From positions 5,272,001 through 5,336,000 of the forward strand of contig NC_087246.1 of NCBI RefSeq assembly GCF_037042905.1: a DNA stretch of 64,000 nucleotides. The letters are read 5' to 3'. The notes under the pieces were generated by a model, which saw only the letters and a program-made list of their open reading frames with translations, did no database searches and had not been told where the DNA came from. Positions 39,501-52,256 of the stretch are shown piece after piece. Position 1 is the first letter of the stretch. Each line of letters starts with the position of its first letter. This DNA is from Lytechinus pictus (lineage: Eukaryota). The position numbers and the translations under genes were made by a program.

Positions 39501-42500
39501 CGTGTAGATTTGAAATTAGGATAAATTTATCCTCATGTAACCTTGAAATTAGGATAAATTTATCCTCTTGTAGCCTTGAAATTAGGATGAATTTATCCTC
39601 TTGTAGCCTTGAAATTAGGATAAATTTATCCTCATGAAGCCTTGAAATTAAGACAAATTTATCCTCGAATAGCCTTGAAATTTAGATGAATTTATCCTCG
39701 TGTAGCCTTGAAATTAGGAAAAATTTATCCTCGTGTAGTCTTGAAATTAAGATAAATTTATCTTCGTGTAGCTTTGAAATTAAGATAAATTTATCCTCAC
39801 GTAGCCTTGAAATTAGGATAAATTTATCCTCGTGAAGCTCTGAAATTAAGATGAATTTATCCTCATGTAGCTTTGAAACGAAGATAAATTTATCCTCATG
39901 TAGTCTTGAAATAAAGATTAATTTATCCTCGTGTAGCTTTGAAATTAGGATAAATTTATCCTCATGTAGCCTTGAAATTAGGATGAATTTATCCTCGTGT
40001 AGCCTTGAAATTAGGATAAATTTATCCTCGTGTAGCTTTGAAATTAAGATAAATTTATCCTCATGTAGCTTTGAAATTAAGATAAATTTATCCTCATGTA
40101 GCCTTGAAATTAAGATAAATTTAAATTTATCCTCGTGTAGCTTTGAAATTAAGATAAATTTATCCTCGCATAGCCTTGAAATTAGGATAAATTTATCCTC
40201 GTAAAGCTTTGAAATTAAGATAAATTCATCCTCATGTAGCTTTGAAACGAAGATAAATTTATCCTCATGTAGCTTTGAAATTAGGATAAATTTATCCTTA
40301 TGAAGCCTTGAAATTAAGATAAATTTATCCTCGTGTATCCTTGAAATTAAGATAAATTTATCCTCGTGAAGCCTTAAAATTAGGATAAATTTATCCTCGT
40401 GAAGCTTTGAAATTAAGATAAATTATCCTCATGTAGCTTTGAAATTAAGATAAATTTATCCTCATGTAGCCTTGAAATTAGGATAAATTTATCCTCGTGT
40501 AGCCTTGAAATTAGGATAAATTTATCCTCGCGTAGCCTTGAAATTAGGATAAATTTATCCTCGTGAAGCTTTGAAATTAAGATAACTTTATCCTCATGTA
40601 GCCTTGAAATTAGGATAAATTTATCCTCATGTAGCCTTGAAGTTAGGATAAATTTATCCTCATGTAGCCTTGAAATTAGGACAAATTTATCCTCATGTAG
40701 CCTTGAAGTTAGGATAAATTTATCCTCATGTAGTCTTGAAATTAGGATAAATTTATCCTCGTTTAGCCTTGAAATTAGGATAAATTTATCCTCGTGTAGC
40801 TTTGAAATTAAGATAATTTTATCCTCATGTAGCCTTGAAATTAAGATAAATTTATCCTCGTGTAGCTTTGAAATTAGGATAAATTTATCCTCGTGTAGCC
40901 TTGAAATTAGGATAAATTTATCCTCGTTTAGCCTTGAAATTAGGATAAATTTATCCTCGTGTAGCTTTGAAATTAAGATAAATTTACCCTCATGTAGCCT
41001 TGAAATTTAGATAAATTTATCCTCGTGTAGCTTTGAAATTAGGATAAATTTATCCTCTTGTAGCCTTGAAATTAGGATAAATTTATCCTTGTGTAGCCTT
41101 GAAATTAGGATAAATTTATCCTCGTGTAGCTTTGAAATTAAGATAAATTCATCCTCATGTAGCCTTGAAATTAAGATAAATTTATCCTCTTGTAACCTTG
41201 AAATTAGGATAAATTTATCCTCATGAAGCCTTGAAATTAAGACAAATTTATCCTCGTGTAGCCTTGAAATTCAGATGAATTTATCCTCGTGTAGCCTTGA
41301 AATTAGGAAAAATTTATCCTCGTGTAGTCTTGAAATTAAGATAAATTTATCTTCGTGTAGCTTTGAAATTAAGATAAATTTATTCTCACGTAGCCTTGAA
41401 ATTAGGATAAATTTATCCTCGTGAAGCTTTAAAATTAAGATGAATTTATCCTCATGTAGCTTTGAAATTAAGATAAATTTATCCTCATGTAGCCTTGAAA
41501 TTAGGATAAATTTATCCTCATGTAGCCTTGAAATTAGGATGAATTTATCCTCGTGTAGCCTTGAAATTAGGATAAATTTATCCTCGTGTAGCTTTGAAAT
41601 TAAGATAAATTTATCCTCATGTAGCTTTGAAATTAAGATAAATTTATCCTCATGTAGCCTTGAAATTAAGATAAATTTAAATTTATCCTCGTGTAGCTTT
41701 GAAATTAAGATAAATTTATCCTCGCATAGCCTTGAAATTAGGATAAATTTATCCTCGTAAAGCTTTGAAATTAAGATAAATTCATCCTCATGTAGCTTTG
41801 AAACGAAGATAAATTTATCCTCATGTAGCTTTGAAATTAGGATAAATTTATCCTTATGAAGCCTTGAAATTAAGATAAATTTATCCTCGTGTATCCTTGA
41901 AATTAAGATAAATTTATCCTCGTGAAGCCTTAAAATTAGGATAAATTTATCCTCGTGAAGCTTTGAAATTAAGATAAATTATCCTCATGTAGCTTTGAAA
42001 TTAAGATAAATTTATCCTCATGTAGCCTTGAAATTAGGATAAATTTATCCTCGTGTAGCCTTGAAATTAGGATAAATTTATCCTCGCGTAGCCTTGAAAT
42101 TAGGATAAATTTATCCTCGTGAAGCTTTGAAATTAAGATAACTTTATCCTCATGTAGCCTTGAAATTAGGATAAATTTATCCTCATGTAGCCTTGAAGTT
42201 AGGATAAATTTATCCTCATGTAGCCTTGAAATTAGGACAAATTTATCCTCATGTAGCCTTGAAGTTAGGATAAATTTATCCTCATGTAGTCTTGAAATTA
42301 GGATAAATTTATCCTCGTTTAGCCTTGAAATTAGGATAAATTTATCCTCGTGTAGCTTTGAAATTAAGATAATTTTATCCTCATGTAGCCTTGAAATTAA
42401 GATAAATTTATCCTCGTGTAGCTTTGAAATTAGGATAAATTTATCCTCGTGTAGCCTTGAAATTAGGATAAATTTATCCTCGTTTAGCCTTGAAATTAGG

Positions 42501-45500
42501 ATAAATTTATCCTCGTGTAGCTTTGAAATTAAGATAAATTTACCCTCATGTAGCCTTGAAATTTAGATAAATTTATCCTCGTGTAGCTTTGAAATTAGGA
42601 TAAATTTATCCTCTTGTAGCCTTGAAATTAGGATAAATTTATCCTTGTGTAGCCTTGAAATTAGGATAAATTTATCCTCGTGTAGCTTTGAAATTAAGAT
42701 AAATTCATCCTCATGTAGCCTTGAAATTAAGATAAATTTATCCTCTTGTAGCCTTGAAATTAGGATAAATTTATCCTCATGAAGCCTTGAAATTAAGACA
42801 AATTTATCCTCGTGTAGCCTTGAAATTCAGATGAATTTATCCTCGTGTAGCCTTGAAATTAGGAAAAATTTATCCTCGTGTAGTCTTGAAATTAAGATAA
42901 ATTTATCTTCGTGTAGCTTTGAAATTAAGATAAATTTATCCTCACGTAGCCTTGAAATTAGGATAAATTTATCCTCGTGAAGCTTTAAAATTAAGATGAA
43001 TTTATCCTCATGTAGCTTTGAAATTAAGATAAATTTATCCTCATGTAGCCTTGAAATTAGGATAAATTTATCCTCATGTAGCCTTGAAGTTAGGATAAAT
43101 TTATCCTCATGTAGCCTTGAAATTAGGACAAATTTATCCTCATGTAGCCTTGAAGTTAGGATAAATTTATCCTCATGTAGTCTTGAAATTAAGATAAATT
43201 TATCCTCGATTAGCCTTGAAATTAGGATAAATTTATCCTCGTGTAGCTTTGAAATTAAGATAATTTTATCCTCATGTAGCCTTGAAATTAAGATAAATTT
43301 ATCCTCGTGTAGCCTTGAAATTAGGATAAATTTATCCTTGTGTAGCCTTGAAATTAGGATAAATTTATCCTCGTGTAGCTTTGAAATTAAGATAAATTCA
43401 TCCTCATGTAGCCTTGAAATTAAGATAAATTTATCCTCTTGTAGCCTTGAAATTAGGATAAATTTATCCTCATGAAGCCTTGAAATTAAGACAAATTTAT
43501 CCTCGTGTAGCCTTGAAATTCAGATGAATTTATCCTCGTGTAGCCTTGAAATTAGGAAAAATTTATCCTCGTGTAGTCTTGAAATTAAGATAAATTTATC
43601 TTCGTGTAGCTTTGAAATTAAGATAAATTTAGCCTCACGTAGCCTTGAAATTAGGATAAATTTATCCTCGTGAAGCTTTAAAATTAAGATGAATTTATCC
43701 TCATGTAGCTTTGAAATTAAGATAAATTTATCCTCATGTAGCCTTGAAATTAGGATAAATTTATCTTCATGTAGCCTTGAAGTTAGGATAAATTTATCCT
43801 CATGTAGCCTTGAAATTAGGACAAATTTATCCTCATGTAGCCTTGAAGTTAGGATAAATTTATCCTCATGTAGCCTTGAAATTAAGATAAATTTATCCTC
43901 GTGTAGCCTTGAAATTAAGATAAATTTATCCTCATGTAGCTTTGAAATTAAGATAAATTCATCCTCATGTAGCCTTGAAATTAAGATAAATTTATCCTCG
44001 TGTAGCTTTGAAATTAAGATAAATTCATCCTCATGTAGCCTTGAAATTAAGATAAATTTATCCTCGTGTAGCTTTGAAATGAGGATAAATTTATCCTCGT
44101 GTAGCCTTGAAATTAGGATAAATTTATCCTCGTGTAGCCTTGAAATTAAGATAAATTTATCCTCATGTAGCTTTGAAATTAAGATAAATTCATCCTCATG
44201 TAGCCTTGAAATTAAGATAAATTTATCCTCGTGTAGCTTTGAAATTAAGATAAATTCATCCTCATGTAGCCTTGAAATTAAGATAAATTTATCCTCGTGT
44301 AGCTTTGAAATTAAGATAAATTTATCCTCATGTAGCCTTGAAATTAAGATAAATTTATCCTCGTGTAGCTTTGAAATTAAGATAAATTTATCCTCATGTA
44401 GCCTTGAAATTAAGATAAATTTATCCTCGTGTAGCCTTGAAATTAAGATAACTTTATCCTCGTGTAGCTTTGAAATTAAGATCAATTTATCCTCGTGTAA
44501 CTTTGAAATTAGGATAAATTTATCCTCATGAAGCCTTAAAATTAAGATAAATTTATCCTCGTGTAGCCATGAAATTAGGATAAATTTATCCTCATGTAGC
44601 CTTGAAATTAAGATAAATTTATCCTCGTGTAGCCTTGAAATTAGGATAAATTTATCCTCGTTTAGCCTTGAAATTAGGATAAATTTATCCTCGTGTAGCT
44701 TTGAAATTAAGATGAATTTACCCTCATGTAGCCTTGAAATTAAGATAAATTTATCCTCGTGTAGCTTTGAAATGAGGATAAATTTATCCTCGTGTAGCCT
44801 TGAAATTAGGATAAATTTATCCTCGTGTAGCCTTGAAATTAGGATAAATTTATCCTCATGTAGCTTTGAAATTAAGATAAATTTATCCTCATGTAGCCTT
44901 GAAATTAAGATAAATTTATCCTCATGTAGCCTTGAAATTAAGATAAATTTATCCTCGTGTAGCTTTGAAATTAAGATAAATTTATCCTCGTGTAACTTTG
45001 AAATTAGGATAAATTTATCCTCATGAAGCCTTGAAATTAAGATCAATTTATCCTCGTGTAGCCATGAAATTAGGATAAATTTATCCTCGTGTAGCTTTGA
45101 AATTAGGATAAATTTATCCTCATGTAACCTTGAAATTAGGATAAATTTATCCTCTTGTAGCCTTGAAATTAGGATGAATTTATCCTCTTGTAGCCTTGAA
45201 ATTAGGATAAATTTATCCTCATGAAGCCTTGAAATTAAGACAAATTTATCCTCGTGTAGCCTTGAAATTTAGATGAATTTATCCTCGTGTAGCCTTGAAA
45301 TTAGGAAAAATTTATCCTCGTGTAGTCTTGAAATTAAGATAAATTTATCTTCGTGTAGCTTTGAAATTAAGATAAATTTATCCTCACGTAGCCTTGAAAT
45401 TAGGATAAATTTATCCTCGTGAAGCTCTGAAATTAAGATGAATTTATCCTCATGTAGCTTTGAAACGAAGATAAATTTATCCTCATGTAGTCTTGAAATA

Positions 45501-46815
45501 AAGATTAATTTATCCTCGTGTAGCTTTGAAATTAGGATAAATTTATCCTCATGTAGCCTTGAAATTAGGATGAATTTATCCTCGTGTAGCCTTGAAATTA
45601 GAATAAATTTATCCTCGTGTAGCTTTGAAATTAAGATAAATTTATCCTCATGTAGCTTTGAAATTAAGATAAATTTATCCTCATGTAGCCTTGAAATTAA
45701 GATAAATTTAAATTTATCCTCGTGTAGCTTTGAAATTAAGATAAATTTATCCTCGCATAGCCTTGAAATTAGGATAAATTTATCCTCGTGAAGCTTTGAA
45801 ATTAAGATAAATTCATCCTCATGTAGCTTTGAAACGAAGATAAATTTATCCTCATGTAGCTTTGAAATTAGGATAAATTTATCCTTATGAAGCCTTGAAA
45901 TTAAGATAAATTTATCCTCGTGTATCCTTGAAATTAAGATAAATTTATCCTCGTGAAGCCTTAAAATTAGGATAAATTTATCCTCGTGAAGCTTTGAAAT
46001 TAAGATAAATTATCCTCATGTAGCTTTGAAATTAAGATAAATTTATCCTCATGTAGCCTTGAAATTAGGATAAATTTATCCTCGTGTAGCCTTGAAATTA
46101 GGATAAATTTATCCTCGCGTAGCCTTGAAATTAGGATAAATTTATCCTCGTGAAGCTTTGAAATTAAGATAAATTTATCCTCATGTAGCTTTGAAACGAA
46201 GATAAATTTATCCTCATGTAGCTTTGAAATTAGGATAAATTTATCCTCATGAAGCCTTGAAATTAGGATAAATTTATCCTCGTGTAGCCTTGAAATTAGG
46301 ATAAATTTATCCTCGCGTAGCCTTGAAATTAGGATAAATTTATCCTCGTGAAGCTTTGAAATTAAGATTAATTTATCCTCATGTAGCTTTGAAACGAAGA
46401 TAAATTTATCCTCATGTAGCTTTGAAATTAGGATAAATTTATCCTCATGAAGCCTTGAAATTAAGATAAATTTATCCTCGTGTATCCTTGAAATTAAGAT
46501 AAATTTATCCTCGTGTAGCCTTGAAATTAGGATAAATTTATCCTCGTGAAGCTTTGAAATTAAGATAAGTTTATCCTCATGAAGCTTTGAAATTAAGATA
46601 AATTTATCCTCATGTAGCCTTGAAATTAGGATAAATTTACCCTCGTGTAGCCTTGAAATTAGGATAAATTTATCCTCGTGTAGCCTTGAAATTAGGATAA
46701 ATTTATCCTCATGTAGCTTTGAAATTAAGATAAATTTATCCTTGCATAGCCTTGAAATTAGGATAAATTTATCCTCATGTAGCCTTGAAATTAAGATAAA
46801 TTTATCCTCCTGTAG
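36574..46815. repeat. 33-bp tandem satellite, ~310 monomers, consensus TGAAATTA(G/A)GATAAATTTATCCTC(G/A)TGTAGC(C/T)T
   Basis: Direct reading; 11-aa periodic ORFs in the track; higher-order periods of 693, 1556 and 5488/5587 bp. Confidence 0.98.
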
Positions 46816-47572
46816 TATTAGCAGGATGAACTGATCCTTATAATTGTAATAGATTTGTATGATATATCTATTTGATCCGTTATTCCTATTAAATAGTTGT
46901 ATTAATTGAAATGCTGTTCCCGTTTGTTTCTTTTATTGTTAGAGACTTGCAAACATACATTGAATTGCCAATAGTCATTAAATAGAGTGATTGGAGAGAA
47001 TGTGTAGAAGAGAGAACAAGTGATACAAGTGGTTGTTAAGTGCAAAAATGTGAAATAAATATTATGGAATGAATATGATGAACATTTGAAGAAAAATGAA
47101 CAAAGATTCATTCATTTTGAAAATATTTACTGGTTACTATATTCCCCTCGGGGCTTCGCCCCTCGGGGAAAAATAGTAATTGCCAGACCAACCTCGGATA
47201 AATAATTCCACTATACTTTCTCAAAGCCTGATATATTTGTTTACTGTCTTTCACATATTCCACTAACATATATCCCTCCTAACATGCTTAACGCGACTCA
47301 ATCAAGCTCTGGCACTCCGATACAGACGTGGTCGTACGCTATACGTGATAACCATACATAGGCCTACTATTCGATAGCAGGGAGGGACATGGGTGTGGAT
47401 GGATTTGAAACTTCCCGATTTTATGTCGAACCAAGTGTGTGCGTGCCTGACCGCCCCGTGTTTTGTATAAATTATACAAATTTGATTTCTGTTGTCTGAC
47501 TTGTACTTGTTTATTAAACAAGTACAAGTCAGACAACAGAAATCAAATTTTCACAGTCTTTTTCGCCCTGCC

Positions 47573-49103
47573 CCGTGGCCCTGGGAAGCGAGGGTGCTGA
47601 AGCACCCGAAAATTTTCCTTGGGGGTGCTGCGTGTGTTATTTTCCATAGGCAGCACCTCCTTGGACATCTGGTAGGAATGATAAATGACAGAAATGTAAT
47701 GAAAACAAACTACGTTTTGTCGGAACCCCCCCCCCCCACTTCAGAATTTTCAGGCACAGTACTTGAAATAGTGTTTAAATTCACCCTTTTCAGATCGGAA
47801 TATCAAATATTTTCGGCTCGCGCTTTGCGCTCGCATTATTGATTTAAACAAAAAATGTATTTAGAATGCCCAGATATACTAGGTCTAAATCTAAACACGC
47901 GCACGCATGTTTATTCAGAGACGCAGCTTGTTTTGGGGGTACTGAAAATATATCAAATACATTTTATCAATACAATTTTTTCAAAATAAACAAATTTTAT
48001 CAAAATCAGCTGATCACAAATAGTTAAGTTATTTGATTTTGAAGTTTAGCAATATTTTGTGAAAATGGTAATATGCATGTCGTCACGAATATTTAATAGT
48101 TGGGTTGATGATGTCACATCCCCACTATCTTTCTTCTTTATGTTATTACATGGAATCAAAATTGTTTCATTTTTTTCATACCAGTGTGAATTAAATGTCT
48201 CCCTTCTATTGAAATAAGTTGCAGCAAAGAATATCTAATGAACTAAATCAGTTGTCAATTCAATTATTTTGTTCATTGAAGGGAAAATATTGAACAAACC
48301 TAATTTTATATAATAAATACTAAAGAACAAGTGGGGATATGACATCATCAGTTTGCTCATTGAATATTAATGAAGACATGCCTAAAACTGTTTAACCGGA
48401 ATAATGCTAATCTTTAAAATGCAATAACTTTGATATTCCTTGTCTGATTTTGATCAAATAGTCATTCTTTTGTTCGTCTGATTTTTCTTTATCTGTTCTA
48501 ACCATATTGCATTCAGTCTGGAGTACCCCTTTAAACGTACTTCAATTATAAAGTTTCAGATCAGAATATCAAAAACTTTCTGCTCGCGCTTCGCACTCAC
48601 ATGATTAATGTAGGAAGATATCCAATTACCCATAATTTTTTTGATTTTCAAAACATGAATAGAATGTCCCGTTTTTAGGTCTGAAATCTCAATTTTGTTT
48701 GCGCTCGCATCAATTATATAGTTATATACCTATCCTATTCATGATTACAAAAAGTACTTAGAATGTTCAGTATTTAGGTCGGAATGTCAACATTTTCATC
48801 TCGCGCTTCGCGCTCGCATTATTTGATTGTTGATATATGTATCGTCTACATGGGTAACTGCAAACAGTCCTTATAACAGGTTCCTTTCCATCAGGCCAGA
48901 GCGTATATTAAAAACATCTGCTTGCGCTGATCGCGCTCGCAGTTATTATTTGTTACATACGCATCTTGTTCAGGACCACAAACATTGCTCAAAATGTTCA
49001 ATTTTCAGGACAAAATACATGAAATTTCAACAACAACAAAATGAGCTCGCGCTCGAATTATTTAATTATATATATATGTACTTTACTGAGAAGAAGCTGA
49101 GAA

Positions 49104-49167
<64 letters not shown>

Positions 49168-49306
49168 AGAGGGTGTGAGTGTGCGTGTGTGAGGGTATGT
49201 GGGAGGGTGTGTGTGTATAAAAGAACAATGGAAAAGTCAATTGTGCCCCCACCTTTGAGGAGAGATTTCTGCTCCCCCACTGAAAACAATCGTTCCCAGG
49301 TCCCTG
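47573..49306 (+). mobile_element. hAT-like non-autonomous element relic containing a Kolobok-like MITE (47935-48530) and a (TA)n(TG)n tract
   Basis: Imperfect TIR GGCCCTGGGAAGCGA / TCGTTCCCAGGTCCCTG; interior shares GCGCTTCGCGCTCGC blocks with 6050-6990. No TSD was seen. Confidence 0.55.
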
Positions 49307-49986
49307 TTCGCGAACAACGTGAGGTGTATGGGGCTATGGGCGGAACAAGCGCTTGCTCGATTATGGTCCACGTCTTCAAATATACTGCAAGAAGGAGACT
49401 GGACTCTCAATACAGTCAGAGCGTTTGAAATGCTGAAAAAGGGGGCCCAATATTTGATCACTGGGTATATATTTGCATGTTATCATCAAGTTTGTGTCTA
49501 AAATATATATGGGGAATTGGGAGGTGATGAGAGAGGGGCGATTTTAAATTTTCAATAATGTTTTTTTTTAAGAAAGTAGAAAATAAAACTAATGCAAAAA
49601 TTTGAAATGAATATTTCCTAGAGATATCTGCAAAACGAGAGGTCGAATTTTTTATGGCGCCATTGGTAAAACACCAATGAAATACAGAGCGCGCAATCAT
49701 AAAGACAGTGCATTGTGTGTTATTTGGCTGTATACTTACGTCACTCGTACTTAGTATGTATCGATGGGGATGTATCCGTAGCCCGAGCGCAGCCCAAAAC
49801 GCAGCCGCTAGTAAGTGCTACATCGTGTAGACTTGCATGCTCCCAAACCCTTGATGCGGTGGTGGTAAGTACCTGTGGATCTTCAATTTTCACCAACGTT
49901 TTTCACAGCACGTACTTGCAATTACGGCGGTTTGTAAACGTTGATATACGTTGATAAGACACCGGATGTATTTCAAAGCCTTTATA

Positions 49987-50560
49987 CAGTGCGTCCCAGA
50001 AAAAACGAAACCGATATTTATCGATAATTCATCATAACTTAATCACAAATACAATAGACAAGTGACCTACCATTGTAAAGCTTAGAATCTCCTATTTCAT
50101 CTGAAATTACTTAGATTATTTCTTATTCACGCATGAGTGAGCAAAAACAATTGGAAGAGGGCATAGGCGGCGGAGCAGAGGATTATCTTTTGTGTTTGGG
50201 GGGGGGGGGGCGCAACAATAGCCGTCCCCCCCAAACACAAAAGATAATCCTCTGCCCCGCCGCTAATGGAAGAGGGGATACCAAATGTCACTTGGCGGGC
50301 TGTATCTGGATTTCGAAAAGAAAACCACATTTTAAAAAAGTTCAATATCTGCTCTTTAATATGATACCTCAATTACAGTAAATGGTCAAGAAATAACAAA
50401 GTTCTGCTCATTTGAAATAATGCTTGAATTTCAATAATTTCATGAAATGAAGAGGTTTTACAGGCTAGTGTTCCGAGTCACTCGACCCTCCATTTTGTTG
50501 ACGATCAGCTTAAGTCTTTTGTTAACCGTGCGATAGCTAATGAAATTATCGAAATACAAG
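49987..50560 (+). mobile_element. Tc1/mariner-like element 5' end (right boundary uncertain)
   Basis: Terminus TA|CAGTGCGTCCCAGAAAAAACGAAACC; the partner TIR was not found. Confidence 0.45.
50162..50268. mobile_element. 107-bp hairpin MITE with 8-bp TSD (hAT-type)
   Basis: TSD GAAGAGGG (50154-50161, 50269-50276); arms GCGGCGGAGCAGAGGATTATCTTTTGTGTTTGGGGGG / CCCCCCAAACACAAAAGATAATCCTCTGCCCCGCCGC. Confidence 0.85.
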
Positions 50561-51838
50561 CATTGTTTCGAGGGAACAGATATATACCATTTTTTCCCAT
50601 GCAGGATGTTTATCGAAACCGTGTGAACATGACGGAACCTGTCAGGAAACCGACACTGGTTTCATCTGCAAGTGCTTAAAGTGGTACAGTGGAGACAGGT
50701 GCCAGTCAAGTAAGATTCAAAATAAATCATACATTCATACCCACACACACACACGCACATACACCCCCTACACGCACACACACACGTACATGTAAATGTT
50801 GACACACTGGGACTAAAAAAATGTTAGCAGGAGCACATGATACTACAATATTAGAACATGCGACTTTGTGTATGTGCACGGCAATTCGCAAGAATAATCG
50901 TACGGCTTTCAAGTATGTCATTGACACACTAAGCATGCTCGGCCTAAGTCATATTAAAAAAAAGTAGAGTACAACAATAATAATACAAATTAAAACAGCG
51001 TACTTCAAAGTTGCGATAGGCTTGTCTATAACAATTGTGACAAGCAACCCCAAAACGCCCTTATTTATTCATCAAAACGCACATTTATTACTTATTTGAA
51101 TACAGAAGAAAGTAAAAGGGAGCTTCAAAAATAAGAAAAAAACAACGTCTGAAATCCGGAGTTCCCGCATGCTTGAGATGTGCGCTCTCTGCAATCTGAG
51201 TGAAACTTCAAAGCGCTTCGCGAAAGACCTGTGTCAGAAAAATCTTATCGTTTTCTCTTCACCCTTACCATGCTTACAATTTGAAATGTTTTTGTGAGAA
51301 GATTCTTTCATATAAGCTTATTTACTTTTTTTTTGGAAAACCAAATTACTATTTTTTACTCTTTTAGAGAGAACCTTCCCTGGAATCCGTGGCAGTTTCG
51401 GGGTCGCTGGTCAAAATTTGCCATAAGCACTTAAACGAATTATTTATTTAAAAAAATGTTTGCGAGTTTTCTAGGAAGGACTATGCTTAAGACTGGTTTA
51501 AAATTACAGTGAGAAAGTGAAGAAGTGTTGAGCAGATTCCCTTCATCTATCCATCGTGCTGATACCAAACTTTTGTTGATACCAGGTTCCTAAATGTTAA
51601 TTAATTTCCATATAATATGGACAGCTGCAAAGGGTAAAACATACTACAGGGAAGCAGGCAATTCGGTTAATTTAAAAGTACATGAGCGCCTTTCTTCCTT
51701 CCTTTTACAGCCATTTTGAGAAGCTAAGGAGTCACACGTGTAATTACTTCACCATAAAACACGCGTGTATTCATTCAATCTAAATAATAATTATGTTGGT
51801 TTTCAAAGACCTGAGATTAGGTTGTGATTCTATTTCAG

Positions 51839-52000
51839 AGTCATTTATCCACTCCTTGCGACTAATCGGTGGAGGAAGTACAAGTGAAGGAAGAATTGTT
51901 ATCACAACTCACACTCAGCCTACAATGGACATGTTAATTCATCAGGAAAACTGGTCCAAGAATGCATCACGGTTAGTCTGCGATTATCTCGGATATGAAG
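51839..52000 (+). CDS. Internal exon encoding the N-terminal half of a scavenger receptor cysteine-rich (SRCR) domain
   Basis: SFIHSLRLIGGGSTSEGRIVI...NWSKNASRLVCDYLGYE matches the SRCR pattern RLVGG....EGRVEV...W....A.VVC..LG. TATTTCAG acceptor and GAAG|GTAAAT donor; 162 nt, phase 1-1. Confidence 0.85.
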
Positions 52001-52256
52001 GTAAATGAAGTATATATACTGTTTTTTGTATCATGTTTATAACCACTAATCTTTTCACTTGTCTAATAGGTCATCAGTGTTCTAAGCTGGAGCACGGGTT
52101 CGATTCCCGGCTGAGAGATTTTTTTTCTGCCTCAGTCGACAAAATTTTCCAATGGTAGGACAGCTCCAGGGAACTTTGATGTAAGCTATCCCTGCCTGCC
52201 ATTATTCTCTATTCATATTTCACACACACATACAGTGTTCTAAGCTGGGGCACGGG

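Noticed and set aside
38032..45046. 475-aa and 508-aa minus-strand ORFs (KFILISRLHED)n and plus-strand (INLSSCSLEIK)n ORFs
   Set aside because: A 33-bp monomer with stop-free frames yields long ORFs automatically. Stop and indel variants are propagated through the HORs, and there is no unique N- or C-terminal coding context.
36574..46815. CRISPR-like appearance (33-bp palindromic repeat)
   Set aside because: Monomers are directly adjacent, with no unique spacers and no cas genes; the context is eukaryotic.
36512..47242. Inverted repeats flanking the satellite read as the TIRs of a satellite-bearing transposon
   Set aside because: They are better explained as two arms of one interrupted hairpin, whose loop and remaining left-arm bases lie at 47129-47165.
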